DNA from: Antechinus flavipes
Lineage: Eukaryota
Reading direction: 5' to 3'
DNA: 64,000 nucleotides
Assembly: GCF_016432865.1 (NCBI RefSeq)
Contig: NC_067403.1
Coordinates: 252,402,001-252,466,000 of the forward strand
In this document: one piece after another, positions 11,601 to 23,805 of the stretch
Position numbering within the stretch: the stretch's first letter is position 1
Layout of the letters: each line of letters begins with the position of its first letter
The notes under the pieces: generated by a model
The model's database searches: none
Seen by the model: the letters and a program-made list of their open reading frames with translations, nothing else
Told to the model about the DNA's origin: nothing
Made by a program: the position numbers and the translations under genes

Positions 11601-13740
11601 CTCAGGTTCTCAGGCCTACAGAGCTCCTGTCCTGCACCGACCCTCTTGGTCCTGACAACATTCACTCCAATTTCACAGATGGGGAAAGAGGCTCAGGAAG
11701 ATGAAGGGCCTTCTCAGGCTCACATAGCTTGGCAGTATCTGTTGCAGTTTGAACTCGGCTCTTCCCTACCCTAGCTCCAACACTTCATCCACTATGCCCA
11801 TCCTGAGGGTGGCGTTTACTACTGTGTGACCCTGGCCAAGCCATCTCCCCTTCTCAGGGATTCAGAATCCCCCCCTCTATAAAATAAGGTGGTTAGACCA
11901 GCCAGAGCTAAGGGTCTCTCCAGTAAGTAAGACTTGTCACAAGCCGGGCCATGTCAGGAGCAGAAACTGGAGGCGAAGGATCCACAATTTTGGCACCTTG
12001 AGCCAGGTAACTCCTGATGTCCCTTCAAACCCATCAGCATCATTTTTAGTTCTAGGATCATAAACAGAACTAGGAAGGCCACTAAGGTCACTTTGAACCT
12101 CAGTTTCCTCATCTGTAAAATGGAGAGCAAATACTTATGATGAAGAGCAAGTTGAGATTGTGGATGTTCATATGTGTTATTGACTGGTGTTTTTTTTTAA
12201 AAATTCATTTTGTCTTTTATTTGAAACAAAAAAGCATTTCCATAATACAGTAGAATAAAAATGTCTGCACATGAAATCACAAATCTTCCATGCACAACTT
12301 GCTCTCCCTTTTAAATATATAATAAAGTTATTCTGTCTTGACACTAGTACCTTTACAGATACTAGAATTCCAAAAGAAGAAAAGAACTAAAAACTGAATT
12401 TGGTTCTTAAAACAAGAATTAAAGCCATTCGTATTATTAACAGTTTAGAGTTTGACTAATAGCCTGCAGCATAAATTATGGTTTACATAGCATCTACACC
12501 TAGAGTCAGGAAGATCTGGGTTCAAATCCTATCTCAGACAGTGTGAACCTACTCTAATAAGACACTTAAACTCTTTCTGCCTCGTTTTCCCCATCTGGAA
12601 AATGGAGTTTACAATACTCTCATTTCCTGCGTTTTCATGAGGATCAAATGAGATATTTGTCAATTGCTTTTCAGACTTTAAAGAGCTATGGCAGGACTGG
12701 TGTTCCTTGGCAGTAAATGGGCCACATGACAGAAATTCATTTGATTATAGCATGAGCTCTTCCCAGGCATTTTTTTTCTATATGAGCCAATCCTCTGATG
12801 ACAACGGGGTAGAAAAGCAGACAGTGCTGGCCTTAGGAAGCTGGAGGGGTTCCGAGGACCACAGAGATAGGGCTCGAAGGGACCTTCTAGTCCAATCCCA
12901 TCATTTTACAGTTGAGGAAACTGGCTGCAGGACATCTGGGCAGTCCCCTGGTCCAGCCACTTTATCTCCCAAGAAGAAAGTAAGAGGGAAAGTGAAAGTT
13001 TTTAACCACTGTGACCCCTGCCTAGCCTCCCCCACGGTTTTTCACAGTGCCCATCCAGCACGGAGTCCCTCTGGGAGAGAGAGAAAAGAAGAAGAAGAAG
13101 AAGACAAGNNNNNNNNNNNNNNNNNNNNNNNNNNNNNNNNNNNNNNNNNNNNNNNNNNNNNNNNNNNNNNNNNNNNNNNNNNNNNNNNNNNNNNNNNNNN
13201 NNNNNNNNNNNNNNNNNNNNNNNNNNNNNNNNNNNNNNNNNNNNNNNNNNNNNNNNNNNNNNNNNNNNNNNNNNNNNNNNNNNNNNNNNNNNNNNNNNNN
13301 NNNNNNNNNNNNNNNNNNNNNNNNNNNNNNNNNNNNNNNNNNNNNNNNNAGGTGAGAGAGACGGAGAGAGAGAGAGAGAGGAGAAGAGAGGAGAGGAGAG
13401 AAAAGGAGAGGAGAGAAGAGGAGAGGAGAGGAGAGGGAGATAGAGACAGCACAACGCAGAGAGAGTCGGAGAGAGAGAAATCAAGTATCAGCGGCAGAAT
13501 GGAACCTGGGACTTCAAGTCCGCATCCTAATCTCCTCCTCTCTCCCTCTCAGACGCACTCGGCTGCGTCCCGACCTCCGCGGAGGACGCCGACTACCCCC
13601 GGTGCGGGGTCTCCGGCTCCACCCCCGGCGCGGGGTCTCCGGCTCTCCCCCCGGCTTCTTTCCGCTCTTACCTGAGTCTCAGGTGCAAGTGTGAGAAGGT
13701 GGTGGAGGGGGACCCCTGTTGCCAGGCTGACGGCTCCCAT
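7490..13740 (-). CDS. PTGDR2: Prostaglandin D2 receptor 2 (CRTH2/GPR44); complement(join(7490..8665,13672..13740))
   Basis: Class A GPCR with LCPVLQYMS..NTS..RYID N-terminus, GCRMRQTVVTTWVLHLALSDLL, SAISLDRC, NSVVNPFLYVLTCPD. Position between CCDC86 and ZP1 fits synteny. The upstream coding exon is inferred (see findings). Confidence 0.9.
8770..9305. repeat. AT-rich 45-bp minisatellite (~7 near-perfect units to ~9095, then degenerate)
   Basis: Unit ATTCCAGATTCATTTTTAAATGATTATTTTATTGATTTTTAAATT repeated head-to-tail. Confidence 0.95.
9915..10030 (+). mobile_element. Ancient hAT/Charlie-like MITE fragment (related copies at ~17465-17560, ~19860-20010 and, reversed, ~57240-57370)
   Basis: Shared core ..GGACCCCTTCTCAGAATA..TAAATGCATAAAATAAAA..CAATTAT in four places. 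Family name from recall only. Confidence 0.5.
12480..12700 (+). mobile_element. MIR/CORE-SINE
   Basis: tRNA-like head (gagtcaggaagatctgggttcaaatcc) and core ctcgttttccccatctggaaaatgg...gaggatcaaatgagat. Confidence 0.65.
13109..13349. other. Assembly gap (241 N) inside a GA-rich simple repeat
   Basis: Run of N flanked by (GAA)n and (GA/GGAGA)n. Confidence 1.
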
Positions 13741-13807
13741 CACGAGGCTGCACGGGGCTGTGGAGTCTCCGGAGGCTGGACCAGGCAGAGGTGAAGACAG
13801 TAGGAGC
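13672..13807 (-). CDS. PTGDR2: Putative PTGDR2 upstream exon (5'UTR 13741-13807, coding 13672-13740)
   Basis: Acceptor (T)22-cctccccag| at 13808, donor ACTCAG|GTAAGA at 13671, ATG at 13740 with G at -3 and +4. 23 codons, phase 0, in frame with the main exon. Confidence 0.6.
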
Positions 13808-14261
13808 CTGGGGAGGAAAAAAAAAAAAAAAAAAAACGTGCACTGTAGCCTGTTAACTCTGTCCGGTTTCGGTCCCAGCGACCTTATCTCAGCCCGGAGA
13901 GCAGATAAGTCCGCCGTCAGCCAGCCCGCCCCTAATTTACCCTGCGCGGGGAGCCCCGAGCCCCTCCCTTCGCAGACTGCGCTTTAGGAAGCCCGCAGGG
14001 GGCATTTTTGAGCTTTTGCCCAGAGACCCAAATGGTCCTCTCCCTCAGCCCCAAGTGGGTGGGCGGGGCAGCCGGGGGCAGAGGGCGTACAAACCCGACG
14101 CGCTCTGGGGCTTCTTCCCCATCTGGGGAAATCTCCACTTTTACCAAGAAGGGGATAGAAGGGGAGGGAGGGAAAACTTTGTGGTAGGGCTACAAAGGGA
14201 GGGAGCCAGCCCGGGGGTCTGCCAGCACACGGCCAGGCTGTTTCTCCACCTGCTCTGGGGA

Positions 14262-14275
14262 GCTCTTATAAGGCA
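14262..14275 (-). promoter_or_regulatory. TATA-like box, candidate PTGDR2 promoter
   Basis: TATAAGAG on the minus strand (14270-14263), upstream of the CpG-rich 13550-14250 region that holds the upstream exon. Confidence 0.4.
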
Positions 14276-14929
14276 GACGGCAGAAGTAGCAGAGAGGGGC
14301 AAAGGCAGAGAGCATCTGCATTTCCCTGGTCCTGAGGGTCGCATCTCTGTGTGTCACTCTGTCTCCCCCTTCACCTTTATCTCTGTCTCTTTATATCTCT
14401 CCCCCTTCCTTGTTTCTGTGTCTCTGTGTCTGGTGAGCAGAACAGAAAAGCAATATCCACAATGTTGACAACAACGTGAAGGGGGGGGGGGGGGAGGGAG
14501 GGGGAGGGAAGGACACTATCCAGAAACTAACACTGTATAATGAGACTGGCCAAACAGCTCCCCCAAAGGAGATGGGAAGATGAACCTTCCTCCTTTCTTC
14601 CCAACAATGGGGAATGATGGGTATAAAAAAAATCATCTTGATTCAGCTAATGTTCTAGGGTTCCTAAACTGCTTGTTCTTTGTTATAAGGAAAACTGAGA
14701 AGGGATACCTAGGGAAATGAAGGTGATATAAAAGCAAAAGATCAATTAAAAAAAAAAAACCACTGGAGTGTGCAAAAGTTAAGGGGAGAAGAAAAATGTT
14801 TATATGAGAAAATCAGTGGGACAGCTTCAGATAGATTCTAATAGAATAAACTAATATTCTATAATAAATCAACCGAGTTCATCCAGCTAGTGTGTGAAAG
14901 CCGGGGGTGGGAAGGTAGGAGAATACCTG

Positions 14930-16500
14930 AGAGCCATAAAACGAAGAGGACCAAAATGATATTCCTGTAAGAATGTGTCCAACTAGTGGATCTCTTCGAT
15001 AAAGAGAGCTAATTCAGTTTCAATTGACCAAGGATGGACAGAAGCAGGTACACCCAAAGAAAGAACACTGGGAGATGAATATAAACTGCTTGCATTTTTG
15101 TTTTTCTTCCCGGGTTATTTCTACCTTCTGAATCCAATTCTCCCTGGGCAACAAGAGAACTGTTCGGTTCTACAAACATATATTGTATCTTGGAAATACT
15201 GTAACATATCTAACATATATAGGACTGCTTGCCATCTAGGGGAGGGAGTGGAGGGAGGGAGGGGAAAAATCGGAACAGAAATGAGTGCAAGGGATAATGC
15301 TGTAAAAAAATTACCCTGGCATGGATTCTGTCAATAAAAAATTATTATAAAATAAAATATTTTTTAAAAAGAGTAGAGGTAAAAATGCAATAAAAAGAAT
15401 TTTACTAATTAAGAAATTAAAAGGATTAAATAAAAAAAAAAGAAAAGATAAAAAAATTACCCTGGCATGGGTTCTGTCAATAAAAAGTTATTTTAAAAAA
15501 AGAGAGAGAGAATGTGTCCAACTGTGGCTGATCAGACCAATACGAACTCAGAAGCTCTGCCACAGGTCAGACACAGATAGTCCATATATGAACATTTGGG
15601 GTGGACTCAAATTTTGCCAATTCCGTGTTTCCTTTGGGCTAATTCAGTACTGCTTTGCTCCTAGAGCACAGCACTTTCTCTGATGAGGGCACGCTGTGCT
15701 AGGCGATCCTGGGCCAGTGTCTCCCATGTCATGCAATCGATTCTCAAGTTCTTAAGAGAGGCTTTGTATCGCTTATTTCTGACCACCCTGTGAGCTTGCC
15801 CTGTGTGAGTTCTCCATAAAATAGTCTTTTTGGAAAGCACACATTTGGTCGTTGAAACAATGTGCCCAGTCCAACGGAGTTGCGCTCTCGGCAGTAGAGT
15901 TGGCAGTTTAATTCGGGAAAGGACCTCGGTGTCTGGTACCTTCTCCTGCCAGGTGATCTTCAGCATTTTCCTAAGACAATTCGGATGGAAGCGATTCAGT
16001 TTCCTGTTGGGGCGCTGGTAAACTGCCCAGGTTTTGTAGACATACAACAATGAGGTCAGCACAATAATTTGGCAGTCAGTCTAATACCTCTCTCCCACAC
16101 TTTCCTTCGGAGCCTCCCAAACACTGAGCCAGCTCTGGCAATGTGTGGGTCAATCTCATCCTTTGGACATCCCTGGAAAGTATCCTGCCAAGGAAAGTGA
16201 ACTTACCCACACCTTTTAAAATTCACCATTTCCTGTAACCGATAGTTCCACATCTGGATGGTGGGTGCTGCTGATGGAGGACCTGGGTCTTCCTGGTTTT
16301 ACTTCTTAGTCATGAGATAGACAAGTCTTCAGTAGTAATGACCACTGCTGTTCCTGTTTCCAACTCCATTCCTGCCAAGGATTCCCCACCATCTCTGGTA
16401 TTCTAAGTCTACTCTCTCATTGACTCTAAGCTTGTCCTTTTTTGGCATATTGATGATAAGAGTCTCCAGGTCTTCATAAAATTTATCTTTGACCTCATCA
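14930..16500 (-). mobile_element. RTE-clade LINE, decayed and internally deleted, interrupted by the L1 above
   Basis: Minus-strand pseudo-ORF with RTE C-terminal motifs (LLYVYKTW...RKMLKITWQEKVPDTEVL...AQLRWTGHI) and an endonuclease remnant (DEVKDKFYEDLETL) near 16500. Confidence 0.8.
14985..15508 (+). mobile_element. 5'-truncated L1 (3'UTR only) with 15-bp target-site duplication
   Basis: High identity to the L1 3'UTR at 28490-28860. TSD AGAATGTGTCCAACT at 14970-14984 and 15509-15523. Confidence 0.9.
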
Positions 16501-16551
16501 GGATTTATCAGACACCGTTATGTAAGTGTGTTAGTGAAAGCAAGTGCTGAG

Positions 16552-16848
16552 NNNNNNNNNNNNNNNNNNNNNNNNNNNNNNNNNNNNNNNNNNNNNNNNN
16601 NNNNNNNNNNNNNNNNNNNNNNNNNNNNNNNNNNNNNNNNNNNNNNNNNNNNNNNNNNNNNNNNNNNNNNNNNNNNNNNNNNNNNNNNNNNNNNNNNNNN
16701 NNNNNNNNNNNNNNNNNNNNNNNNNNNNNNNNNNNNNNNNNNNNNNNNNNNNNNNNNNNNNNNNNNNNNNNNNNNNNNNNNNNNNNNNNNNNNNNNNNNN
16801 NNNNNNNNNNNNNNNNNNNNNNNNNNNNNNNNNNNNNNNNNNNNNNNA
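16552..16848. other. Assembly gap (297 N)
   Basis: Run of N. Confidence 1.
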
Positions 16849-16950
16849 AATGCAAGGACTACCTCTCTTTGCCCTTCTCTACTACTTTGCTATCAGTCTT
16901 TGGACTGCTTATGGACCATCCAATAAGTTCTGTTTATTTAACAGGAGAAA

Positions 16951-17037
16951 GAGATGGATAGATAGATAAATGATAGGTTAACAGACAGATAAAAAAAGTA
17001 GACAGATAGACATAGATAGACAGACAGACAGACAGAC

Positions 17038-17074
<37 letters not shown>
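16951..17074. repeat. (GACA)n(GATA)n microsatellite
   Basis: Direct reading. Confidence 0.95.
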
Positions 17075-17075
<1 letters not shown>

Positions 17076-17567
17076 AGCATTTAAATGTTCCTATATGTCT
17101 GGTATTAACACACTGACACATAAAATATAAGTGAAAAAGAGTCCCTTAAAGAGTTCACATCCTAATGAGGGAAGACAACACATAAAAAAGGAACTTTAAG
17201 TAGAAGAAGAAAGGGCAAGGCTGACGAAGAGGAGGCCAGGGGTGAGAATGGGAGTGGTGAGGAAGGCCATCTAAACCAGAGACTCACCAACCACAGGAGA
17301 GAGCTAAAGGGAGGATACATCTCTAGGCTGAGAAGGCTGTTGATGAGGAGGTTGCAAAGTACAAAAAAGCAGGAGGAGAGCTAGAAGGAATCATGTTTGT
17401 ATTTTCCCTTCTATGTTCCTTCTTACAGTTAGTGTGTCACTGACACCTCGAATAGGATGGCAAGATCTATGGACCCTTCTCAGAATATTGTTTTTAAATA
17501 AATAAAATACATGAGATTACAAAGCATTATTGTACTGAATTAAACCATATCGTAATTATAATGGGGA

Positions 17568-17790
17568 GGGGCAGCTAGCCGGCACAGTGGATAGAATACT
17601 GTGCCTGGAGTCAGGAAGACCTAACATTTACTAATTGTGTCACTCTGAGCGAGCCACTTCCCTCTGTCTGACTCAGTTTCCTCATCTGTAAAAATGGAGA
17701 AGAAAATGGTAAATCACTTCATTATTTTTGCCAAGAAAACCTCACAGTCATAGAGTCAGACATGATTGAAAAAGAACTAAACAACAAAAA
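17568..17790 (+). mobile_element. MAR1-like CORE-SINE (second copy ~19010-19250)
   Basis: GGGGCAGCTAG head, CORE ctcagtttcctcatctgtaaaa, RTE-derived tail gagaagaaaatggtaaatcac..tttgccaagaaaacc..gtcagacatgattgaa..aacaac. Confidence 0.7.
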
Positions 17791-20700
17791 AGTAATTTTT
17801 TCTCAATGTGATTGTCAAAGGAGGAGCAGAGAGAGAGAAAAGAGATCTCCTGAAATCTATCTTTACTGCCTCTTGGTTAAGAACCCCCATATTAGAGGGA
17901 ATAAAAGTACAGCACTAATTACCTCCTTTCCCCCTAAGAGTTGTAATGATTCTAAATAGAAAAGTAGGAAGGCAAATGTGTTCATCCACATGGCCCAAGA
18001 AGGCACCCTTCCTAGTTATAAGAGGGGGAAGCAACAAAATCCTGGAAGCTAATATTCTGCCCAAAGTGAAGAGCTTCCTTCAGCAGGACCTACCTCAGGA
18101 TTTGCCTCGACAGCAACCGGAGGGGACGAGAGCTTGGCTATCAGGACTTTTACCAAAAGAAGGAGATTTCCCTGAGCTGAGGGACTCTTGGGGACAGAAG
18201 ACGATGTTCTCAGTGGCCCTTGGTGCTGGAAGGAGCCAGGGACCAAACCCAAGGGCTGGGGTAAAAAATCTGAGCTTTGCATTCCATTATGAAAGTGAGT
18301 TATTTGGGCTGTGAAAATCAGATAGGAAACGCTGCTGCTTTTCCAGAAGCTCCAGAAATCCAGACCACAGGAAGTGTTCTGAGGTGGACAAACCACTTAG
18401 ATCCCTATTGAAAAAGGAACTCATTAGAATGTTGGTGAGATTGTCCTGCTGACAACCCCAAACTCAGTTCCCTTTTGAAAGTAGTCCAAACCACAGAGAC
18501 TGAATGTGGAAGACTCCGGTCGGGGATGTGCTGGTAAAATATTTAACAACCAGCTCTTGGGGGGAATATAGGTAAGGATGTGGGGCAAGGAAGAAATGAT
18601 GGCATGACACATAAATTTAATCTGTATAATAATACAGATTATTTTTTTTATTATTATTTTTCTTATCACTTTCTTAAATTTAGAAGGTAAAAAAAAAATG
18701 TAGTATTTCCAAGGTGTAAATGCTTACACTGAAAATTTCATAATTTGCTCTGTGGGCAGGCCCCTGATTATGATTTCTTAAAATAGATCCATTGAAAAGC
18801 TAAAAAAAAAATTCTAATATTTACAGACTGTTGTAAATCCTTTATGAGTTTTGTGTGTTGTTTACATACTGCTTCTGAATTTCTGTGGGGATGAAATAGA
18901 GGTAATCCTACATCAAACTAATATATTGTTGGTGGTAGTGTTCTTAGCTTGAGGGCTTCTGTAGGACTTGAGGACTTTCTTATTTACATTGATGGAATAA
19001 TATTCTGGAGCAGTGAGATAGTGCAGTGGATCCACCAGGCAGGATAGAGCGTCAGGAGGAGCTGAGTTCAAATCCAGCCTAGCTGTGCGACTGGCCCAGT
19101 CACCCTGTTTGCCTCAGGTTTCCCATCTGTAGAATGAGCTGGAGAAGGAAATGACGCGTTTCCTTCTGGAAAATGGAAATTCCCAGTTTCTTTGCCAAGA
19201 AAATTACAAATAGGGGCATAAAGAGTCATACATGATTGTATAACAACAGGCATTATTTATAATCAGTGATTTTTCTGGAATAAATGCTGGGTGTCATCAA
19301 TATGAGCAAAAGAGAAAGTGACCTTTTATGGGAGCCCCGAAATCACAATGAATTCTCGTAAGCCTCAGATTTAAGAATGCTGGGCTATGGGTAATACTGA
19401 CTAGTCATATATTGTTGGACAAGTAATTTAACTTCTCAGCTTCATTTTCCTTAATTGACTGGAAAGACCTGAGTTCAAACCTAGCCTAAGTTGCTGACTA
19501 TTTATATGACCCTAGGCAAGTCAATTAACCTCTATCTGCCTCAGTTTCCCATCTGTAAAAGGGATGATTAATAGAACCTACTTCCAAGAATAGTAATGAA
19601 GAATAAAAGAAATAATATTTTACAGTCCTATGTAGTAGGTATTAATAGTAATAAGAATTTATAACTATTTTTCTTTTGTTCCTCATTACAGCTCTGGGAG
19701 GTAGATGGATTTTTCAACTCTAGCAGTTCTCAGTACTGAAAAGTTTGAGAGGAATAGGGATCTATCCTAGTGAATGGAGTATCCCTAATCATGTAATTGG
19801 AGACCTCAAAATCTGGAATTAGTATTAATACAATAATCCTTTATAGGCTAAGAATTAACCTTTTTTTGTGTCCTGGACCCTGGTGAAGCTATGGGCCCCT
19901 TCTCAGAATAATATTTATAAATGCATAAAATAAAATCCATAGCATAAAAAAGGAAGCCAATTATTGAAACTCACTTATCAAAATACTCTTTTTAAAAATA
20001 GGTTCTCAGACCTCTATAATAATGGAGTACTGGATAGAGAGTTGACCAGTGTGGGTGGGCCTATAAGCTACAGGAGCTCCCCATGAAGACTAGAGTGGGA
20101 GGGGAATGGAGATGATCGAAGGATTCCTGATGGAGAGGGGTGGAAGATTCTCCACTGAGTAGATGCTTGGATGCTATTTCCATGCTCTCTGGGAGGCAGT
20201 GACTTGGCTCCCTGATTATTCTGAAGGCTAAGGTCCTGAGACCAGCTCTCCCTTGGCAAGAACCCCTAGTGATTAGTGATTGCCTGGTGATTAGGGAATC
20301 ACTGCAAAGGGATTTAATCCCACCCTTCTCCACCAAAAACAAATAAGAATGTATGGGAATGTATGAGCCCACTTGGCAGGGCCCCCACTTTCCCGGATGC
20401 AGCTGATACCCTGCTGAGTCATGGCTCAGAACTGAATGGAGCCTTCGAAGACAAGTGCCCTGCTCTCGCCATTTGATACATGACTCAATTGAGATTAGGG
20501 AGGGGAAAGGACATAATTTATTCTTTGGAAGGATTATATAACTTGTCAAGGTCACAATGGCTGTAAGCAGCAGAGCCCAAGCTGCCAAGCTCTCTGACTC
20601 TATATTCAGTGTCTTTTTCAACCCCACCATGGAATGCCCCAATCTCCCCTAATCCCAGGCTAGCAGCCACTCGGGGTCCATCTGGGAAGCTCCACTGCTG

Positions 20701-23269
20701 GGATGAGATGCCACTAAGTCTCCTTAGGGAGAGATGAAGAACCAGCGGGTCTTGCCATCTGCCCTGCCCTGCCCTGCAACTTGCAACTGCCTTCTGCTGA
20801 GTGTCGTCTCCCCCAGTTAAATCAGGGAGTTCCTTGCTTTATTTATTTATATCCCCTATTTACATCCTATTTCTATCCCCAGCATTTAACACAAGACTTA
20901 GAACATGATGTTGTTCAGTTATTTTTTGGTCCTGCCTGACTCTTCATGACCCCATTTGCCAGGTTTTTCCTGAACCTCAAGGGTGACCTAAGCTGCCGCC
21001 TTCTCTGGCTCTTGTTCTTCTCATCTGTAAAGTATTATTCTGGGAAGGGGCCCACGGTGTCAGGCAGACTGCCAAAGCTTAAGAAAGTCTGTTAAGAATT
21101 ACTATAGTAACAAACAAAACAAACAAATAAAAAAGAATTATTGTAGTAACTTTCATACTTTGAGGACAATCATGGACGTTCCATTCACCAGTGCGAACTT
21201 CCGTTCCGCTCCAATTTTTCAGTAAATTGGCTTTGAGAATTGCCAGGGCTGAAAAATTCATCTTCCTGAAGCCAGCGTGGTGATGAGCCCCTTCAGACCT
21301 AACTAGGCTGGTCCTCAGACAAAAAAACAAAAACAAAACAAAACAAAAAAAAACACAATCTATTATTCAGAATAAACTCCAAGCCTTCTCAGCTCAGTAG
21401 AACAGTTTGCCTTCCAATGGCAGAGCCTTTGAGAACCCCAGAATGCCCTCCTTGCCACAATAAAGTATCAGAGGAAGACTTTCCTGGAGACATGTATCAA
21501 TCATGATATAGGTTATGATTGGAAGAGATCTGCAATATTCAAAGGCGATTAGCTTGCCCATGCACACAAGGAAGACCAAGTGGATGAATGGCTATTGCAC
21601 TTCTAGGACATGGGACCAAGAGGAAGGAAGGGAAAACATCTCTGATCCTCATACCTCCAGCACGTTAAGTGGACTTTTGGGAGAACCCAGACAGGGGCTG
21701 CCCAAGATAGGCAAGCTTGGATGGATTATTGGTGGTTCCCTAAATCGATAAGATCCCAGATCCCCCAGAGTTTTTGAGAATGCTCATAATGATGTCTGAC
21801 CTGCAGAGCTTTCAAAGCACATTCATATCTGGTGTGTCACTCCATCTTCATAATACCATTATTTGAGGCAATGAAAGTCACACAGCTGCTACACAGTGGA
21901 GGCAAGGACCAGGACCTTTGTCTCCTGACTCCTGGCTCAAAACCATAACACTGACCTTTTCTTCCCTCTTTTTGATCTCAAACTTCATGGTCTTTGTGCT
22001 CTGGCTTCAGGGAAAGCTGATCTTCCCTCCCTAATCCCACAGCAGTTTAACCCCCTCCCCTCAAAGCTGGGGGCCTTGGCCACCTCTTTCCTGGGTGAAA
22101 TGCTGGACCCTCTCCCCTCTCCATCGTCCTCATCTCCAGCCCCAGATTTCCCCCATCCTCACACTTGGCAGAAATATTACATGAGAAACTAGTAGGATGT
22201 GAGGACTCTGAGGGAATACATCTCTCTGAACAAAGTGTTTGTTTTTCCACAGCCCTCTTCTTCTTGCTCTTGCTCTCCCAGCAAGCTTCCTGGCCCTCGA
22301 GCACGTACTCCATGCGTGCTTCTCATGAATCCAGATTAATTAGCTAGCTCAGGATGTGTTTCCCATCTTGGGGGGCAATCCAATTGGTTATCGTGGGATC
22401 TGGGAGGCAGTCTGAATAAAAGCCCGGGCCGAGAGTTGGAGTCATAATATTCAGGTATAGAATGTAAGACCTGGAAGACACCTCAGAGTACAAAAGGTGG
22501 GAGAGCAGAGTTGGGAGGGACATCTCTCACTTTAACTCCTCCTGAGACTATGTGACTTTTTGAGCTTCCTCCATTGTCAAACTATGAGATCATCTCTAAG
22601 GCTCTCTCTAGCACCAAATCTGGGTTCCCATGATCCCAACAGAGCCAAGATGTGAAAAGGAAATGAAAAATGGAGACAGCAAAGCTTCGTGACTATGAGA
22701 TATCTCTAGTGGTGTAGATTTAGAAATCACATACATTTTGCCCCTAAACAACTTTTTTTTATATACTGAAAATACAAACAAAGCAGCTCAAGACATCGGA
22801 AATGGATGGGAATCCTTTTGGCTACAAAGTCTTAAACTAAACTTTGCTTCTGTAAAATGTGACTCTCGATGCTGACATGAGACGGGGAGTTCTGTCTGTT
22901 ACTCTAATCTTAGGCAGAAAAATGGAGTTAAGTGCTTGGCTCAAAGTCCCAAAGAATGATAGAATGGGAAGAGACACCAGCATCCATCCCATTCTTCGTG
23001 ATGAACTTTTACACCACCTCCCACAAGTGGTCGTACAATCGTTGCAGGAAAATGGCCAACAGAGGGGAGCCAAGCAGACCCTTCACTTTGGGACAGCTTA
23101 AGTCAAGAATGTGCTGGCAGATGTTCAACAACTGGCCCTCTGGGAAAGAAGAGTCCAGCAAACTTCAAAGGGTTGGGTCTGCATTGGGAACATTTCCCCA
23201 TCACTTTCTTAAGTCCGACAAAATGATAAATCAAACTCAGATTTGGAGCATTTGCCAGTGAGTAGTAGT

Positions 23270-23805
23270 TCTCCTACTACTATTATTCCACAACATCTAG
23301 TACTACTACCAGCCCTACTTTCACCACTACCCCCACTACTATTACTATTACTCCACTACTACTATTCCACAACTATCACAACTACTACTCCTTCACAGCT
23401 ACCGTTATTACTTCTACCAGTACAACTCCTACTATTACAACTTCACAACTACCATTACTACTACTATTACCCCTCCCATCACCACTATTACTCCTCCACT
23501 ACAACTACTGCTACTATTACTACCACTACTACTACTCCACAACTATTACTACTACTACTCCTTCACAACTGCCATTATTACTTCTACCACTACAACTCCT
23601 ACTATTACTACTCCACAACTACCATTACTACTACTATTACCCCTCCCATCACCATTATTACTCCTCCACTACAACTACTACTATTACTACTACTACTCCT
23701 TCACAACTGCCATTATTACTTCTACCACTACTACAACTCCTACTATTACTACTCCACAACTACCACTACTATTACTACCATCACCATCATTACTACTCCC
23801 ACCAA
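23270..23805. repeat. Complex (TAC/ACT)n low-complexity repeat with higher-order duplication
   Basis: Block ctccttcacaactgccattattacttctaccactacaactcc... recurs at 23388, 23558 and 23696. Confidence 0.9.

Noticed and set aside
12707-13675. Long ORFs spanning the N runs (also 16489-16969)
   Set aside because: Artefacts of translating through assembly gaps and GA repeats.
17568-17640. tRNA-like A/B-box sequences (here and at other SINE heads)
   Set aside because: They are CORE-SINE heads; no intact cloverleaf.
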